Origin: Patescibacteria group bacterium
GTDB taxonomy: Bacteria; Patescibacteriota; Patescibacteriia; UBA1558; GWA2-36-10
DNA length: 64,000 bases
Direction of reading: 5' to 3'
Assembly (NCBI GenBank): GCA_041665545.1
Contig: JBAYIQ010000001.1
Coordinates: 44 to 64,043 of the forward strand
Shown here: positions 37,875 to 48,247 of the stretch, in pieces
Layout: each line of letters begins with the position of its first letter
How positions within the stretch are numbered: the first letter of the stretch is position 1
The notes under the pieces: generated by a model
Seen by the model: only the letters and a program-made list of their open reading frames with translations
What the model was told of the DNA's origin: nothing
The model's database searches: none
Program-made: the position numbers and the translations under genes

Positions 37875-39359
37875 CTACACCCTCCCAATCCCCAAACCAA
37901 TTCTCCTCAAACTCTCCTCTTTGCCAAGAACTGCCAATATTTCAGCCGGAGACGGGCTTTTTTCTAGGCCCGATAAAGATACCCGGATAGGCCAGAAAAC
38001 ATCACCAGGAGCCAAATTTTGGGCTTTGACAAGCTGTTCTAGGGCCTTATTTAGTGTATTCGTGGTCCAATCCTTGGCTTTTAGGCCTTCTAGTAAGTTT
38101 TTGGCGCTTTCTAATCCTTGTTTGGTTTTTGTTTGGTCACTTTTTTTGAAAATCAACATATCACGAGGATACTCTGGTAGTGTGAAAATAAAACTACTCA
38201 AATCTTTTATTTCCGCTAAATAATTTAGTCGAGCGCTAAAAAGTTTTAATAAATCCTCTACTTTGTCTTGATGATCAGGCAAAAACTTTTTTGTCTCCTC
38301 TACTAATATCTGATAGCGTTTTTTATTTTCAGTAACAATATTTTTTATATAATGACTGTTTAGCCATTGTAATTTTTTGAGATCAAAAACTGCTCCAGAT
38401 TTATTTATTTTTTCTAAAGAGAAATTTTTGACCAATTGATCTAAAGAAAAAATTTCTTGATCAGTGCCAGGATTCCAACCCAAGAGAGCCACATAATTTA
38501 ACAAGGCCTCCACTAGATATCCTTTGGCTAGAAAATCTTCGACTGCGACATCGCCTTGACGCTTGGAGAGCTTTGATTTGTCTGGATTGAGTATCAAGGG
38601 CAAGTGCACATAGATCGGCAAATCATAGCCTAAAGATCGAAATAGCAAAACGTGCTTGGGCAATGATGGTAGCCACTCTTCTCCTCTGATGACATGAGAA
38701 ATTTTCATAGTATGATCATCTACGGGATGAGCAAGATGATAAGTAGGAAAGCCGTCGGATTTTAGAATAACAAAATCATCCAAATCCTGACTTTTGACCT
38801 TGATGTGGCCATAGATAAGATCGTCGGCTTCCACCACTGTGTCATTGGGAATTTTAAACCTTATAACAGCAGATTCTCCGGCTTTGATTTTGGCCAAAGC
38901 TTCTGTTTTGTCTAAACTTCGACAATGGCCATCATATTTAGGCACCTGTTTTTTTGCCAGCTTATCTTCACGCAACTTGGTCAAGCGTTCTGGTGAACAA
39001 AAACAATAATAAGCTTTATCTTGCTTGATCAATTCTTGAGCAGTTGCTTGGTACAAATCCAAACGCTGGGATTGAATGTATGGTCCGTATTTGCCACTAT
39101 CTTGGACTTGTTTATTTTTATCCAAAATTACTCCTTCGTCAGGTGTTAGGCCAACTTTATTGAGCACAGTGATCAGCCCTTCAATAGCTCCTTTGACTTC
39201 GCGAGTCTGATCAGTATCCTCTAGGCGTAACACAAAAACGCCTTTATTCTTTTTGGCTGTCAGATAGGCAAACAAAGCCGTGCGTAGGCCACCGATATGC
39301 AGATAGCCAGTGGGGCTAGGCGCAAATCTAGTTCTAATATTATTTTTGGGTTTTGGCAT
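37875..39359 (-). CDS. gltX: glutamate--tRNA ligase
   Basis: HIGH motif region PSPTGYLHIGG, KLSKR (KMSKS) motif. Confidence 0.9.
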   Translation of the reverse strand: MPKPKNNIRTRFAPSPTGYLHIGGLRTALFAYLTAKKNKGVFVLRLEDTDQTREVKGAIEGLITVLNKVGLTPDEGVILDKNKQVQDSGKYGPYIQSQRLDLYQATAQELIKQDKAYYCFCSPERLTKLREDKLAKKQVPKYDGHCRSLDKTEALAKIKAGESAVIRFKIPNDTVVEADDLIYGHIKVKSQDLDDFVILKSDGFPTYHLAHPVDDHTMKISHVIRGEEWLPSLPKHVLLFRSLGYDLPIYVHLPLILNPDKSKLSKRQGDVAVEDFLAKGYLVEALLNYVALLGWNPGTDQEIFSLDQLVKNFSLEKINKSGAVFDLKKLQWLNSHYIKNIVTENKKRYQILVEETKKFLPDHQDKVEDLLKLFSARLNYLAEIKDLSSFIFTLPEYPRDMLIFKKSDQTKTKQGLESAKNLLEGLKAKDWTTNTLNKALEQLVKAQNLAPGDVFWPIRVSLSGLEKSPSPAEILAVLGKEESLRRIGLGIGRV

Positions 39360-40077
39360 ATTTATATTTTAAAACATTATAATAAAAAACGAAAATCGAG
39401 CGATAAATTCTTTTTATTCTTTTGGGTTGCTTCAGGAGGCGCCAGAGCCATTCCAAACCCAAGCTGCGCATAATTTTGGGGGCTCTCTTAATAGCGCCTG
39501 ATACAAAATCTACTGCGCCACCTACACCGACAGCCAGACGGACACTGGGCATTTTGCTCAAATTTTCATAGAGCCACAAATCTTGCTTGGGTGCGCCCAT
39601 GGTAGTCAGGATGATTGTCGGCTTGTACATATTGGCCAACAAGACGCTATTATTTTCATCGCCTATTTTAAAACGCAATTTGGGAAATTGTCGCTCTAAA
39701 ACTGGTCTTAATTTTTCTTCGTTAGTCAAACCATGACTATAAAGACAAAATAATACTTTAGCATCGTTGAAAATAGCCAGATCAATTAGCTTGTAAATCA
39801 ATTTGGCGCCAGTCAGCCGATCATCAATAGAAATATCATGACCCAAAAATTGCAAAGCATGAATTATGCCAGTGCCGTCAATAGTTGATAAACTAGCTTC
39901 ATTTATAATCTGGGCAAATAAATTATTTTTTTTGGCCGTCAAGATAAACTCGGGGTTGACAGTGACTATCTGGTGCTGGGTATCAGAGCTTAAAAAAGAT
40001 TGTAAAAGCTCCCGCAATTTTAGATCAGGAATTTTTTGAACCTTGATGTTGAAAAGTTGGTAATCTACTACATTCAT
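39340..40077 (-). CDS. WecB/TagA/CpsF family glycosyltransferase (GT26)
   Basis: IVTVNPEFI...STIDGTGI N-terminal signature of GT26. Confidence 0.65.
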   Translation of the reverse strand: MNVVDYQLFNIKVQKIPDLKLRELLQSFLSSDTQHQIVTVNPEFILTAKKNNLFAQIINEASLSTIDGTGIIHALQFLGHDISIDDRLTGAKLIYKLIDLAIFNDAKVLFCLYSHGLTNEEKLRPVLERQFPKLRFKIGDENNSVLLANMYKPTIILTTMGAPKQDLWLYENLSKMPSVRLAVGVGGAVDFVSGAIKRAPKIMRSLGLEWLWRLLKQPKRIKRIYRSIFVFYYNVLKYKYAKTQK

Positions 40078-40625
40078 AATTCAAAATCTTGTAAGGTGGT
40101 ATAAATTGGTCCGCGAGGAGTTAATTCACTTTGCATTAAACTAAAATAACTAGCTGAGAAAAAATTGTTTGTTTTCCAAGTAGCCAAAGAAGCTAATTCG
40201 GCTGGCTCTACTCTTTTTTTTATTCTGGCTAGCGTCAGGTGTGGATTAAATTTTCGACTTTCCAGGTTGGCAAGTCCAGCTGAAAATAAAGCTTGCTCAA
40301 TAGCATTATAAAGATTTGATAGCTCTTGGTTGGCTTGTAGGCGCATAGAAATCACTTCGGGATGATTGAGAGGTGTGACCATGACCTGCTCCAAAGTCAA
40401 ATCAAGACCTTGGCCAGTAGTTTTGATTGATTCCAAAGTCGAAATAATTTCTGGTAGCTTGTCTAAGGGAACAGCGCTAAAAAATTTTAGGGTAATATGC
40501 ATTTGTTCGGGCAAAACCAAGCGCATACTATCCCAAGGCAGATCAAGAGCTGTAAATTGCTTGTGGATTTTTTTGGCCAAGCCAATATCCACTGGCACGC
40601 TTATAAACAATCGTAAATATTCCAT
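40074..40625 (-). CDS. thpR: RNA 2',3'-cyclic phosphodiesterase (2H phosphoesterase, LigT/ThpR-like)
   Basis: Two H-x-T/S-x motifs: HITLKF and HLTLAR. Confidence 0.7.
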   Translation of the reverse strand: MEYLRLFISVPVDIGLAKKIHKQFTALDLPWDSMRLVLPEQMHITLKFFSAVPLDKLPEIISTLESIKTTGQGLDLTLEQVMVTPLNHPEVISMRLQANQELSNLYNAIEQALFSAGLANLESRKFNPHLTLARIKKRVEPAELASLATWKTNNFFSASYFSLMQSELTPRGPIYTTLQDFEL

Positions 40626-40703
40626 AATCCTATTTTAACCTAAAATAAGCCAAAAATCAAACATTTATTTGGTGATATTGGCTTTTTTTGCTATAATAAA
40701 CCA

Positions 40704-42164
40704 ATGAAAAATACCAAGAAAAATACTCGCAAAATATTGGGTTTAATTGGCTTATTGGCCCTTGTTTTTGTTTCCCTGCCTGCTCAGGCACAGATTTCAA
40801 GTAGCGACGCTGATTTTGATTACAATACTATAATTTCTGATGAAGAAGCCCAAGATTATGATGCCATGACCTTGGCTCAAATTCAAGAATTTTTGCGGTC
40901 AAAAAATAGCTATTTGCAAAGTTATTTTTTTACTGGCTACAATCCTGGACCTGGTGAGTTGATAACTATGGACGAAAATCTGCGTTTGGATTATACCAGG
41001 GCTCGATCAGCAGCCGAAATTATCTACAATGCCTCGATTGAGGCCAAAATAAACCCTAAGTTTATTATTACTACCTTGCAAAAAGAGCAAGGAGTAATTG
41101 AAAAAGCTAATTTTGATCAAAGAGCCTTGGATTATGCTACTGGCTATTATTGTTTTGATGGTCAAGCTTGCAATCCGCAATGGCAAGGATTTGGCAAACA
41201 AGTTCGTGCGGCCGCTTTGCAGTTTAGAGACTACATCGACAATATTCACACTAGGCCATTTCAGCCGGGCGTGTCATCCAATATAGATGGAAAAATTGTA
41301 ACCCCAGCCAACCGTATTACAGCCGCCATGTATGTCTACACTCCTCACTTGCATGGTAATTTATTATTTGCCACTATTTGGGAAAGATATGACTTTGGAA
41401 TGGCTGGCCAAGTTGTAAAAGGATTGCTTCCTCATGGTGCAGTAGTGCAAGCCAAGACTGGAGATGACATGAAATCAATTTATTTGATTAATGAGGGACG
41501 GAAAATGCTTTTTGTTAATACCAATGCTCTAGTCTCTAGATACAATCCTAAAGATGTGCAGAAAATCAGTCCGGAAGAAATTGCCAAATTTTCCGATGGT
41601 CCGGAAATAAAATATCCTAATTATTCTATTTTGGAAAATCCCATAGGTCAAAGATACTTAGTGGATGGTTTGGTCAAAAGATTGATCACTAACAAAGAAG
41701 TCTTTAGACAGTTGGGCTTTAGTGCCGATGAAGTGGTGGTTGTAAAACAGAATGATTTGGACGCTATACCAGATGGACAGGCACTGACCGCCGACACCAA
41801 ATATCCGCTAGGAAAATTATTGCGCAGTACCAAAACCAATGGAGTCTATTATGTAAAAGACAACATAAAATCCCCTATCATTGATCCAGTGGTTATTAGT
41901 TTGAATTTCCCGACCTTAAAAATAGTTAGTATTTCTCAAACAATTTTGGAAACTTATGATAATGATCTACCAGTAATGTTGAAAGATGGCACATTGGTAA
42001 AAACTACAGCTGAAGCCAATGTCTATGTCATTGCCAATGGTCAGCGTCGTTGGATTAGTGATGCCGAGACATTTAATAACTTGGGCTATTCTTGGGCAAA
42101 TATCAAAACTGTCTCCGAGCGGGTTTTAAATTTGCATGACGCTGGTGAAAATCTTAAAATATAA
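40704..42164 (+). CDS. secreted hypothetical protein
   Basis: N-terminal signal peptide (LIGLLALVFVSLPAQA), 486 aa, no family recognised. Confidence 0.45.
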   Translation: MKNTKKNTRKILGLIGLLALVFVSLPAQAQISSSDADFDYNTIISDEEAQDYDAMTLAQIQEFLRSKNSYLQSYFFTGYNPGPGELITMDENLRLDYTRARSAAEIIYNASIEAKINPKFIITTLQKEQGVIEKANFDQRALDYATGYYCFDGQACNPQWQGFGKQVRAAALQFRDYIDNIHTRPFQPGVSSNIDGKIVTPANRITAAMYVYTPHLHGNLLFATIWERYDFGMAGQVVKGLLPHGAVVQAKTGDDMKSIYLINEGRKMLFVNTNALVSRYNPKDVQKISPEEIAKFSDGPEIKYPNYSILENPIGQRYLVDGLVKRLITNKEVFRQLGFSADEVVVVKQNDLDAIPDGQALTADTKYPLGKLLRSTKTNGVYYVKDNIKSPIIDPVVISLNFPTLKIVSISQTILETYDNDLPVMLKDGTLVKTTAEANVYVIANGQRRWISDAETFNNLGYSWANIKTVSERVLNLHDAGENLKI

Positions 42165-42167
42165 AAA

Positions 42168-42956
42168 ATGATTGTTTTTGCTTGTTTTGTCCCCCATCCG
42201 CCCTTGCTAATTCCTGAGGTGGGTAAAGACAATATCAACCACCTAAAAGAAACTTTGGAGGCCTACCACAATATCGAGGCCGAGCTTTATGCGCGCAAGC
42301 CCGATGTTTTGTTGGTCATTTCTTCTCATAGTCCGAATCATCAGTCATTCAGCATCAATCAGCAACCAAAAGTAGCTATAAATTTCAAAAGATTTGGTGA
42401 TTTAGTGACGCAATTAGAATTTAATAACGATATTGCCCTGGGTTACAAAATAAAAGAAGCCACTGAAACCGAAATACCTATTATTTTGAGTTCTGAGCAA
42501 AATATTGATTATGGTGCCGGAGTGCCATTGTTTTATCTGGCTAATCATTTGCCTAATTGCCAAGTTTGCATAGTGCATCCAGCCAAAGAACTCGACTATG
42601 CTCAGCATGTCAAATTCGGAGAAATGGTAAAAGAACAACTAGAAGGATACAACAAGCGTGTGGCGATTATTGCCGCTGGCGACTTGTCTCATCGCTTGCA
42701 TCAAGATTCTCCGGCTGGCTATTCTCCACGCGCGCAAGAGTTTGACCAAAAAATAATAAAAATTTTAGCCGACAAAGATTTTGATTCTTTACTAAAATTT
42801 GATAAATTTTTGGCTGAAGAAGCCAAGGAGTGTTCCTTGAGATCTCTCTTATTATTGATGGGGGTCATAAAAAATATTAATTACGAGCCCCAGAAATTAA
42901 GCTACCAAGCCCCGTTTGGTATCGGCTATCTAGTAGAAAACTTTATTATAAAATAA
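42168..42956 (+). CDS. LigB-type class III extradiol dioxygenase subunit B-like / AmmeMemoRadiSam system protein B-like
   Basis: MIVFACFVPHPPLLIPEVG N-terminus typical of this fold. Confidence 0.45.
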   Translation: MIVFACFVPHPPLLIPEVGKDNINHLKETLEAYHNIEAELYARKPDVLLVISSHSPNHQSFSINQQPKVAINFKRFGDLVTQLEFNNDIALGYKIKEATETEIPIILSSEQNIDYGAGVPLFYLANHLPNCQVCIVHPAKELDYAQHVKFGEMVKEQLEGYNKRVAIIAAGDLSHRLHQDSPAGYSPRAQEFDQKIIKILADKDFDSLLKFDKFLAEEAKECSLRSLLLLMGVIKNINYEPQKLSYQAPFGIGYLVENFIIK

Positions 42957-42964
42957 CCCCAAGT

Positions 42965-43258
42965 TTAGGGCTTATCTTTTTTTTGGTTGACTAGTTTAAA
43001 AAAATAGCGCCAATGCTCCCCTTCTTTGGCTAGCTCCTTGGTATCATCAAAACATTTTTCAACAAAGTTGCGATCCAGTTCTTTGCAAACCTTAAAGACC
43101 GAGCTCCGCTTGAATGGTGGGACACTAAGCTCGGCAATGATTTTTAAGGCCATTTCTTGCCAAGCAAAAGCCGGAGCTTTTATTGTCTTTTTATTCTTGA
43201 ATATGTCTTGGATGGAGTCCATAAGATAATTATAGCAGACGTATATATTGTTTGACAA
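42965..43258 (-). CDS. hypothetical small protein
   Basis: 97 aa ORF, no motif. Confidence 0.3.
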   Translation of the reverse strand: MSNNIYVCYNYLMDSIQDIFKNKKTIKAPAFAWQEMALKIIAELSVPPFKRSSVFKVCKELDRNFVEKCFDDTKELAKEGEHWRYFFKLVNQKKDKP

Positions 43259-43287
43259 AAGTAAATAAAATTGTTATAGTATGTTTT

Positions 43288-43770
43288 ATGATTAAAATTA
43301 TTAAATATCCAGATACATTTTTACGTCGGACTGCCAAAAAGGTCACCGCTTTTGATGATGAATTGAAAAAATTATCTGAAAGTATGGCCGAAGTCATGTT
43401 TCAAGATGACGGTATTGGGCTAGCTGCGCCTCAGGTCAATATTGGCCAGCGTTTGATTGTCGTTGGGCAAGCTGATAATAAAAACTATAAAACCTACGTA
43501 AATCCGGAAATAACTTTTTTTTCCAAAAATAAAGAGGTAGGTGAAGAAGGTTGTTTGTCTCTACCAAAAATATTTGGGCTAGTTAGCCGAGCAAAAAAAA
43601 TTCACGTCAAATATCAAGATTTGACCGGCTTAATTCATAAGGATAAATTGTCTGGTCTAGAAGCAGTTGTTTTGCAACATGAGTTGGACCACTTAAATGG
43701 CATTTTATTTATTGATCGCGCGGAAGAAATTACCAAAGGCCAAGATATTTTGGATAGTTTAAGAAAATAA
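43288..43770 (+). CDS. def: peptide deformylase
   Basis: GIGLAAPQV, EGCLS, HELDHLNG motifs; start moved to internal Met MIKIIKYPD at 43288. Confidence 0.85.
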   Translation: MIKIIKYPDTFLRRTAKKVTAFDDELKKLSESMAEVMFQDDGIGLAAPQVNIGQRLIVVGQADNKNYKTYVNPEITFFSKNKEVGEEGCLSLPKIFGLVSRAKKIHVKYQDLTGLIHKDKLSGLEAVVLQHELDHLNGILFIDRAEEITKGQDILDSLRK

Positions 43771-44678
43771 TGATTAGTAATAAAAAAATTATTTTTTGGG
43801 GCACACCTTCTTTTTCTTTACCCAGTCTGGAAGAGCTACACAAGCTTGGCTTGGTGCAAGCCGTGGTGACTCAAGTCAGTAAGCCGGCTGGTCGCGGTCG
43901 CAAAATGAATGATAGTCCGGTCAAACTCTGGGCTGATAAAGAAAAATTGCCAGTTTTGGCTTTACAAAAATTGGATGATAATTTTATCAAGGAAATAAAA
44001 AAATATTTGCCAGCTACTTTTGTAGTAGTGGCTTATGGAAAAATTATCAAACAAGATATTTTAAATTTATCAGAATTGCCAGCTATCAATATCCACCCTT
44101 CAAAATTACCAGAGTTCCGTGGTCCCTCGCCTATTCAGGCAACTCTTTTGGCTGGTGAGAAAAAAACAGCCGTGACTCTAATGCAGTTGGATGAAAAAAT
44201 GGATCACGGCCCAATCATTAAGCAGTCTGAAGTAAGAATAAGCGAGCAAGATAACTTCATTACCCTAAGCGACAAATTAGCTAAAGCCGGCGCACTTTTG
44301 TTAAAAGAAAATATTATTGATTATTTAGAAGGAAAATCAATTGTTGTTGCTCAAGATGATACTCAAGCAACTATTTGTGGACTAATACAAAAAGAAGATG
44401 GCTTAATAAATTGGAACGAGTCAGCCGATGTTATTAAAAATAAAATCAGAGCTTACAATCCTTGGCCATCGGCTTATACAAAACTATCTGGCTTGGAAAT
44501 CAAAATAATGTCAGCGCGAATTTCTCAAAAAAAATTAAAACCAGCTGAATTGTCTATCGAACAAAATCATTTGTACTTAGGTACAGATACCACAGCTTTA
44601 GAAATACTGGAGCTTCAACCAGCTGGCAAAAAAATAATGTCAGCGCAAGATTTTATCCGCGGTTTTAGGCAAAAATAA
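43770..44678 (+). CDS. fmt: methionyl-tRNA formyltransferase
   Basis: IIFWGTP N-terminus, formyltransferase core NIHPSKLPEFRG, C-terminal domain. Confidence 0.85.
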   Translation: MISNKKIIFWGTPSFSLPSLEELHKLGLVQAVVTQVSKPAGRGRKMNDSPVKLWADKEKLPVLALQKLDDNFIKEIKKYLPATFVVVAYGKIIKQDILNLSELPAINIHPSKLPEFRGPSPIQATLLAGEKKTAVTLMQLDEKMDHGPIIKQSEVRISEQDNFITLSDKLAKAGALLLKENIIDYLEGKSIVVAQDDTQATICGLIQKEDGLINWNESADVIKNKIRAYNPWPSAYTKLSGLEIKIMSARISQKKLKPAELSIEQNHLYLGTDTTALEILELQPAGKKIMSAQDFIRGFRQK

Positions 44679-44691
44679 ATTATTATCTTAT

Positions 44692-44997
44692 CTAGGGGCG
44701 TAAATAATCGGGTAAATAATTCATAATTCTAACAATTTCTTCCTGTTTATGAAGTCGCTCATAAGCAGATAATAAAATGCTAAAATTATTTTTTAGCCAG
44801 TTTTCGTTATGAGCTATTAGTCCCGAATCAGTGTGTGCTTCTAGCTTAGCTTTTTCGGCCAATAAAAATTCTTCAGCCATGGCTAGTTGGCCAGCAGCAA
44901 TAGCCAGCATAAAATCGTTAGTGTTTTCTATTTTAGCCACTAATTCATTTTTTGGCACAGTAGAATCATATTCTCTTCCCGGTAATTTTTCATTCAT
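44692..44997 (-). CDS. hypothetical protein
   Basis: 101 aa ORF only. Confidence 0.3.
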   Translation of the reverse strand: MNEKLPGREYDSTVPKNELVAKIENTNDFMLAIAAGQLAMAEEFLLAEKAKLEAHTDSGLIAHNENWLKNNFSILLSAYERLHKQEEIVRIMNYLPDYLRP

Positions 44998-45002
44998 ATT
45001 AT

Positions 45003-46550
45003 TTATTTTAATAATTCAATAGCTTTATTTAGTTGCTGGTCAATATTGTATATATTGTCATTTAGCACCTCATAATCGGGCTTTAAACCGCGATTTTGAA
45101 CGGAGTTGCCCATGCCAGTCAGCCACTCAAAATAGGTGTATTTTAGAGCTGATCCATCAGGAAAATCATTGACCATTTGGCCGGTGCCTTTGCCATAGGT
45201 GGTTTGTCCAACCAATTTGGCTAGATTGGCTTCTTTTAGAACAGCGGAAAAAATTTCTGAGGCCGAAGCTGTGCCATTATTTGTCAATATTATAGTCGGT
45301 ATTTTTAGTGATTCAGCTGTATGCGTGTAATAATTTTCTGTATGATCGCGGGTTTTTTCTTGCAGTATCAAAATATCAGCTGGCAACCAAATATCAGCTA
45401 GCTTGATAGCCGAGTCAGTATAACCGCCGGGATTATTTCTCAAATCAATAATAATGCCTCGGCTTGAGCTAGTGACAAATTGCTTGCGCAAATTATTAAA
45501 GTCAGACACCATGTCTGGTGAAAAAACATTTATACCAAAATAGACGATATTATTATCCAATTGCTTAGCCACTACATTTGGTATTTCTACTCTATCTCTA
45601 ATCAGCGTCACATCAAAAGTCTTATTTTCCGCTTGGCGATAAATTTTTAGAGTTACATTTGTGCCTTTTGGCCCTTTGATAAGAGAGATACTTTTTTTCA
45701 AAGTAAATCCACGAATGCTTTCATGGTTTACTTCCAAGACTTGGTCATTGGGCAGTAGGCCGGCTTTGATAGCTGGTGAGCCAATAATTGGCGTAACAAT
45801 TGTAAAGATGTTGTTTTTTAATTCTACTATGGCTCCGATACCCTCTACGGCGCTGTCAATATTATCATCAAACTGCTGTTTGCCTTCGGGTGAAAAAAAT
45901 TCCGTATAAGGATCATTCAAACCACTAGCCAAGCCAGCCAAAGAACCATAAAATAAATCTTTATCATTTATTTTGTCTGGTTGGAAATAACTATTTTTAA
46001 GAACATCGATTATGTCCTGATATTGTTGAAAATCTATGGTTGATTTTGGGGTTGGCGTTTGTTTAAAATCAGCGATAGTTATGATGCTTAATTTGTCCAA
46101 AGGCAGACCAATGGCTAAATTAGTAAGAGTTTTTAGCCCAGCCTCGTCAATACTGATACGATAGCGCACTAAATCAAGCGGGTTCACATACCACACCTCG
46201 TTGTTTTGGCTGGTATCAACCAAAAATTGTCCGCTGTATTTTTTGGCAATATTGTAGTCAATATTTTTTTGGTCACCAGCTTTGGGGATTTTATTCAAAA
46301 TAGAAGTTTTTGTTTTTTGGCCAAATTTGTCAGTCAATAATTTTACATCAGCAACATCGTTGACTGAATAGCGTTGTTTAAGACTTGGATCAAGATACCA
46401 AATTCTTGATTGGAAAATGTTGTCTTCCAAGATCATACTGCCTAAATAGCGGTCAACAAAACTACCATCAACCACTTTTAGAGTTATGGCCTTGGCAGAG
46501 ATGAATGGTGCTAAAAGTAGAAACAATGTTACAATAATAATTTTTTTCAT
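45003..46550 (-). CDS. S41 family C-terminal processing peptidase
   Basis: GIIIDLRNNPGGY signature plus PDZ-like region; signal/TM N-terminus. Confidence 0.8.
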   Translation of the reverse strand: MKKIIIVTLFLLLAPFISAKAITLKVVDGSFVDRYLGSMILEDNIFQSRIWYLDPSLKQRYSVNDVADVKLLTDKFGQKTKTSILNKIPKAGDQKNIDYNIAKKYSGQFLVDTSQNNEVWYVNPLDLVRYRISIDEAGLKTLTNLAIGLPLDKLSIITIADFKQTPTPKSTIDFQQYQDIIDVLKNSYFQPDKINDKDLFYGSLAGLASGLNDPYTEFFSPEGKQQFDDNIDSAVEGIGAIVELKNNIFTIVTPIIGSPAIKAGLLPNDQVLEVNHESIRGFTLKKSISLIKGPKGTNVTLKIYRQAENKTFDVTLIRDRVEIPNVVAKQLDNNIVYFGINVFSPDMVSDFNNLRKQFVTSSSRGIIIDLRNNPGGYTDSAIKLADIWLPADILILQEKTRDHTENYYTHTAESLKIPTIILTNNGTASASEIFSAVLKEANLAKLVGQTTYGKGTGQMVNDFPDGSALKYTYFEWLTGMGNSVQNRGLKPDYEVLNDNIYNIDQQLNKAIELLK

Positions 46551-46552
46551 CT

Positions 46553-46704
46553 AGTTAGAAATTTAGTTTATTATATATTACTTATTAAAGTAAAGAAATT
46601 ACGTTTGATTTTTAGCGGGATTCATCCAGTTAGAAATTATCGTAAAATTATCCTATCCCATCATACCTTATCACAATAGATAAATATCGTGAATTTCTAA
46701 CTGG
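46553..46704. repeat. three copies of the (a)gttagaaatt motif: one abutting the S41 start codon and an inverted pair
   Basis: 46553-46563; 46626-46638 ccagttagaaatt; 46692-46704 aatttctaactgg (14-bp inverted arms). Confidence 0.7.
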
Positions 46705-46720
46705 AATCATATATTTTTTA

Positions 46721-48241
46721 TTAATCAACTTTTTTTAATTTTTTTTCTGTTACCCAAAAACCCATATATTTTCCCAGCATCAATCTGGTTTGAGCGTCAA
46801 TGGCCGGCAGTGAACCAAAAAGAATCATGCTAAAAGGGATAATAAACCACTGCAAAAGCATCAAAATATAGCGAAAATACTTGGCTAAAAATTTACTTTT
46901 TAAATGCAGTGGCATGGGCGGTAAAATAATCACGCCCATCAAAGCAATGGTAATGACACTAAATAAACCTAAGCGCATCAAATTTTCCATGATAAACGGC
47001 GCATTTTGGGCAGTCACTGTGGTCAAAGCTTGGTGCTCGGCAATTTTTAACGGTAACCAGCCCATCAGGGTAATCAGCACTGGCGCTGTGGCCCAAGAAT
47101 ACACGCCCTCAGTTTGGTTCCAAGTATAGCGTAATTTTACAGCTAGCGGTATTTTTTTATTATTTTTAAAATGCCAAACCATGTAAGGAAAATGCTCTAC
47201 TCCATAAGCCCAACGGCGCATTTGTTTGTACTGATTTTTTACACTGCGCCAAAAGTGACCAACATAAACAGTGTTCATGGATACTGGTATGAGCATGGGT
47301 TCTACTTTGTAGTTGCCGTCATAATGAATCAGACATTGTAGAAATATTCTGGAATCCTCGGTGACAATATTATTTTGCCAAAAACCAATATCAACCAGTG
47401 CTTGCCAGCTCATGCTATGCGAAGAAAAAGTAAATAACCTACTAGGGCGAGATAGCTCGGTCAACAGCCAAAAAGTAGTGGAGTTGGCGACTACTCTGGT
47501 GACAATATCGGATTCCCAAACATTGTTGTGATAAAAAGCCATGGGCTGAAAACTGGCGTGATAAGGATCAGGGTGAGTCAAAAATAAGTAGGTCAGGTAA
47601 GAAAAATATTGGGGATGTGTGATAGTGTCAATATCAAAAGTGGAAACAATTAATTTTTTGTAGTCATAATTATTGGCATCAATATATTTTTTTACTTCAT
47701 GTCCAGCATAATAAAGGTTGGAGCCCTTACCAACAACATCGCCCTCGATATTGCTAGGATGTAAAGTTATAATAATTTTATGAAAGTAGGGCTCGTATTT
47801 TTTGGTAACATAATCAGCAATAGGTCGAAAATGCTCAGCAAATCTTCCCTCACCAGCCAAGACGACAATAAATTTTTTGGTGTCGTATTTGACTTGGCTT
47901 AGTTTGGACAAAGTAGTATCAATGATTTCTTGCGGTTCTCCGGCTGTTGGTAAAAAAATAATATGATAATAATCATTCCAGGTCGGACATTCATCTTTTA
48001 ATGTTTTTTGCCAATCAATTTTAATAGCGCGTCTATATTTTCTCCAAGAAATTATCAAGTGGATCCACATATAAGAGAGACGCAAAACCCAGTACAAGTC
48101 AAAAGCAATGATAAAGTAAATACCCCAGATAGGCGCCAAAAACGATAGCACAATGGCCACTATAAATGTAGTCCAAACCAAAAGGCCGGGAATTATTTCT
48201 AAAATGCGGTAATAATAATAATTTTTTTGTTCAGTTGTCAT
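46721..48241 (-). CDS. membrane-embedded processive family-2 glycosyltransferase (cellulose/chitin-synthase-like)
   Basis: N- and C-terminal TM clusters, central GT-A domain with QMRRW (QxxRW) motif. Confidence 0.6.
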   Translation of the reverse strand: MTTEQKNYYYYRILEIIPGLLVWTTFIVAIVLSFLAPIWGIYFIIAFDLYWVLRLSYMWIHLIISWRKYRRAIKIDWQKTLKDECPTWNDYYHIIFLPTAGEPQEIIDTTLSKLSQVKYDTKKFIVVLAGEGRFAEHFRPIADYVTKKYEPYFHKIIITLHPSNIEGDVVGKGSNLYYAGHEVKKYIDANNYDYKKLIVSTFDIDTITHPQYFSYLTYLFLTHPDPYHASFQPMAFYHNNVWESDIVTRVVANSTTFWLLTELSRPSRLFTFSSHSMSWQALVDIGFWQNNIVTEDSRIFLQCLIHYDGNYKVEPMLIPVSMNTVYVGHFWRSVKNQYKQMRRWAYGVEHFPYMVWHFKNNKKIPLAVKLRYTWNQTEGVYSWATAPVLITLMGWLPLKIAEHQALTTVTAQNAPFIMENLMRLGLFSVITIALMGVIILPPMPLHLKSKFLAKYFRYILMLLQWFIIPFSMILFGSLPAIDAQTRLMLGKYMGFWVTEKKLKKVD

Positions 48242-48247
48242 AAAATG

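Noticed and set aside
37777-38223. 148-aa plus-strand ORF overlapping the patatin start and gltX end
   Set aside because: Antisense to gltX, which has HIGH/KMSKS motifs. No independent support.
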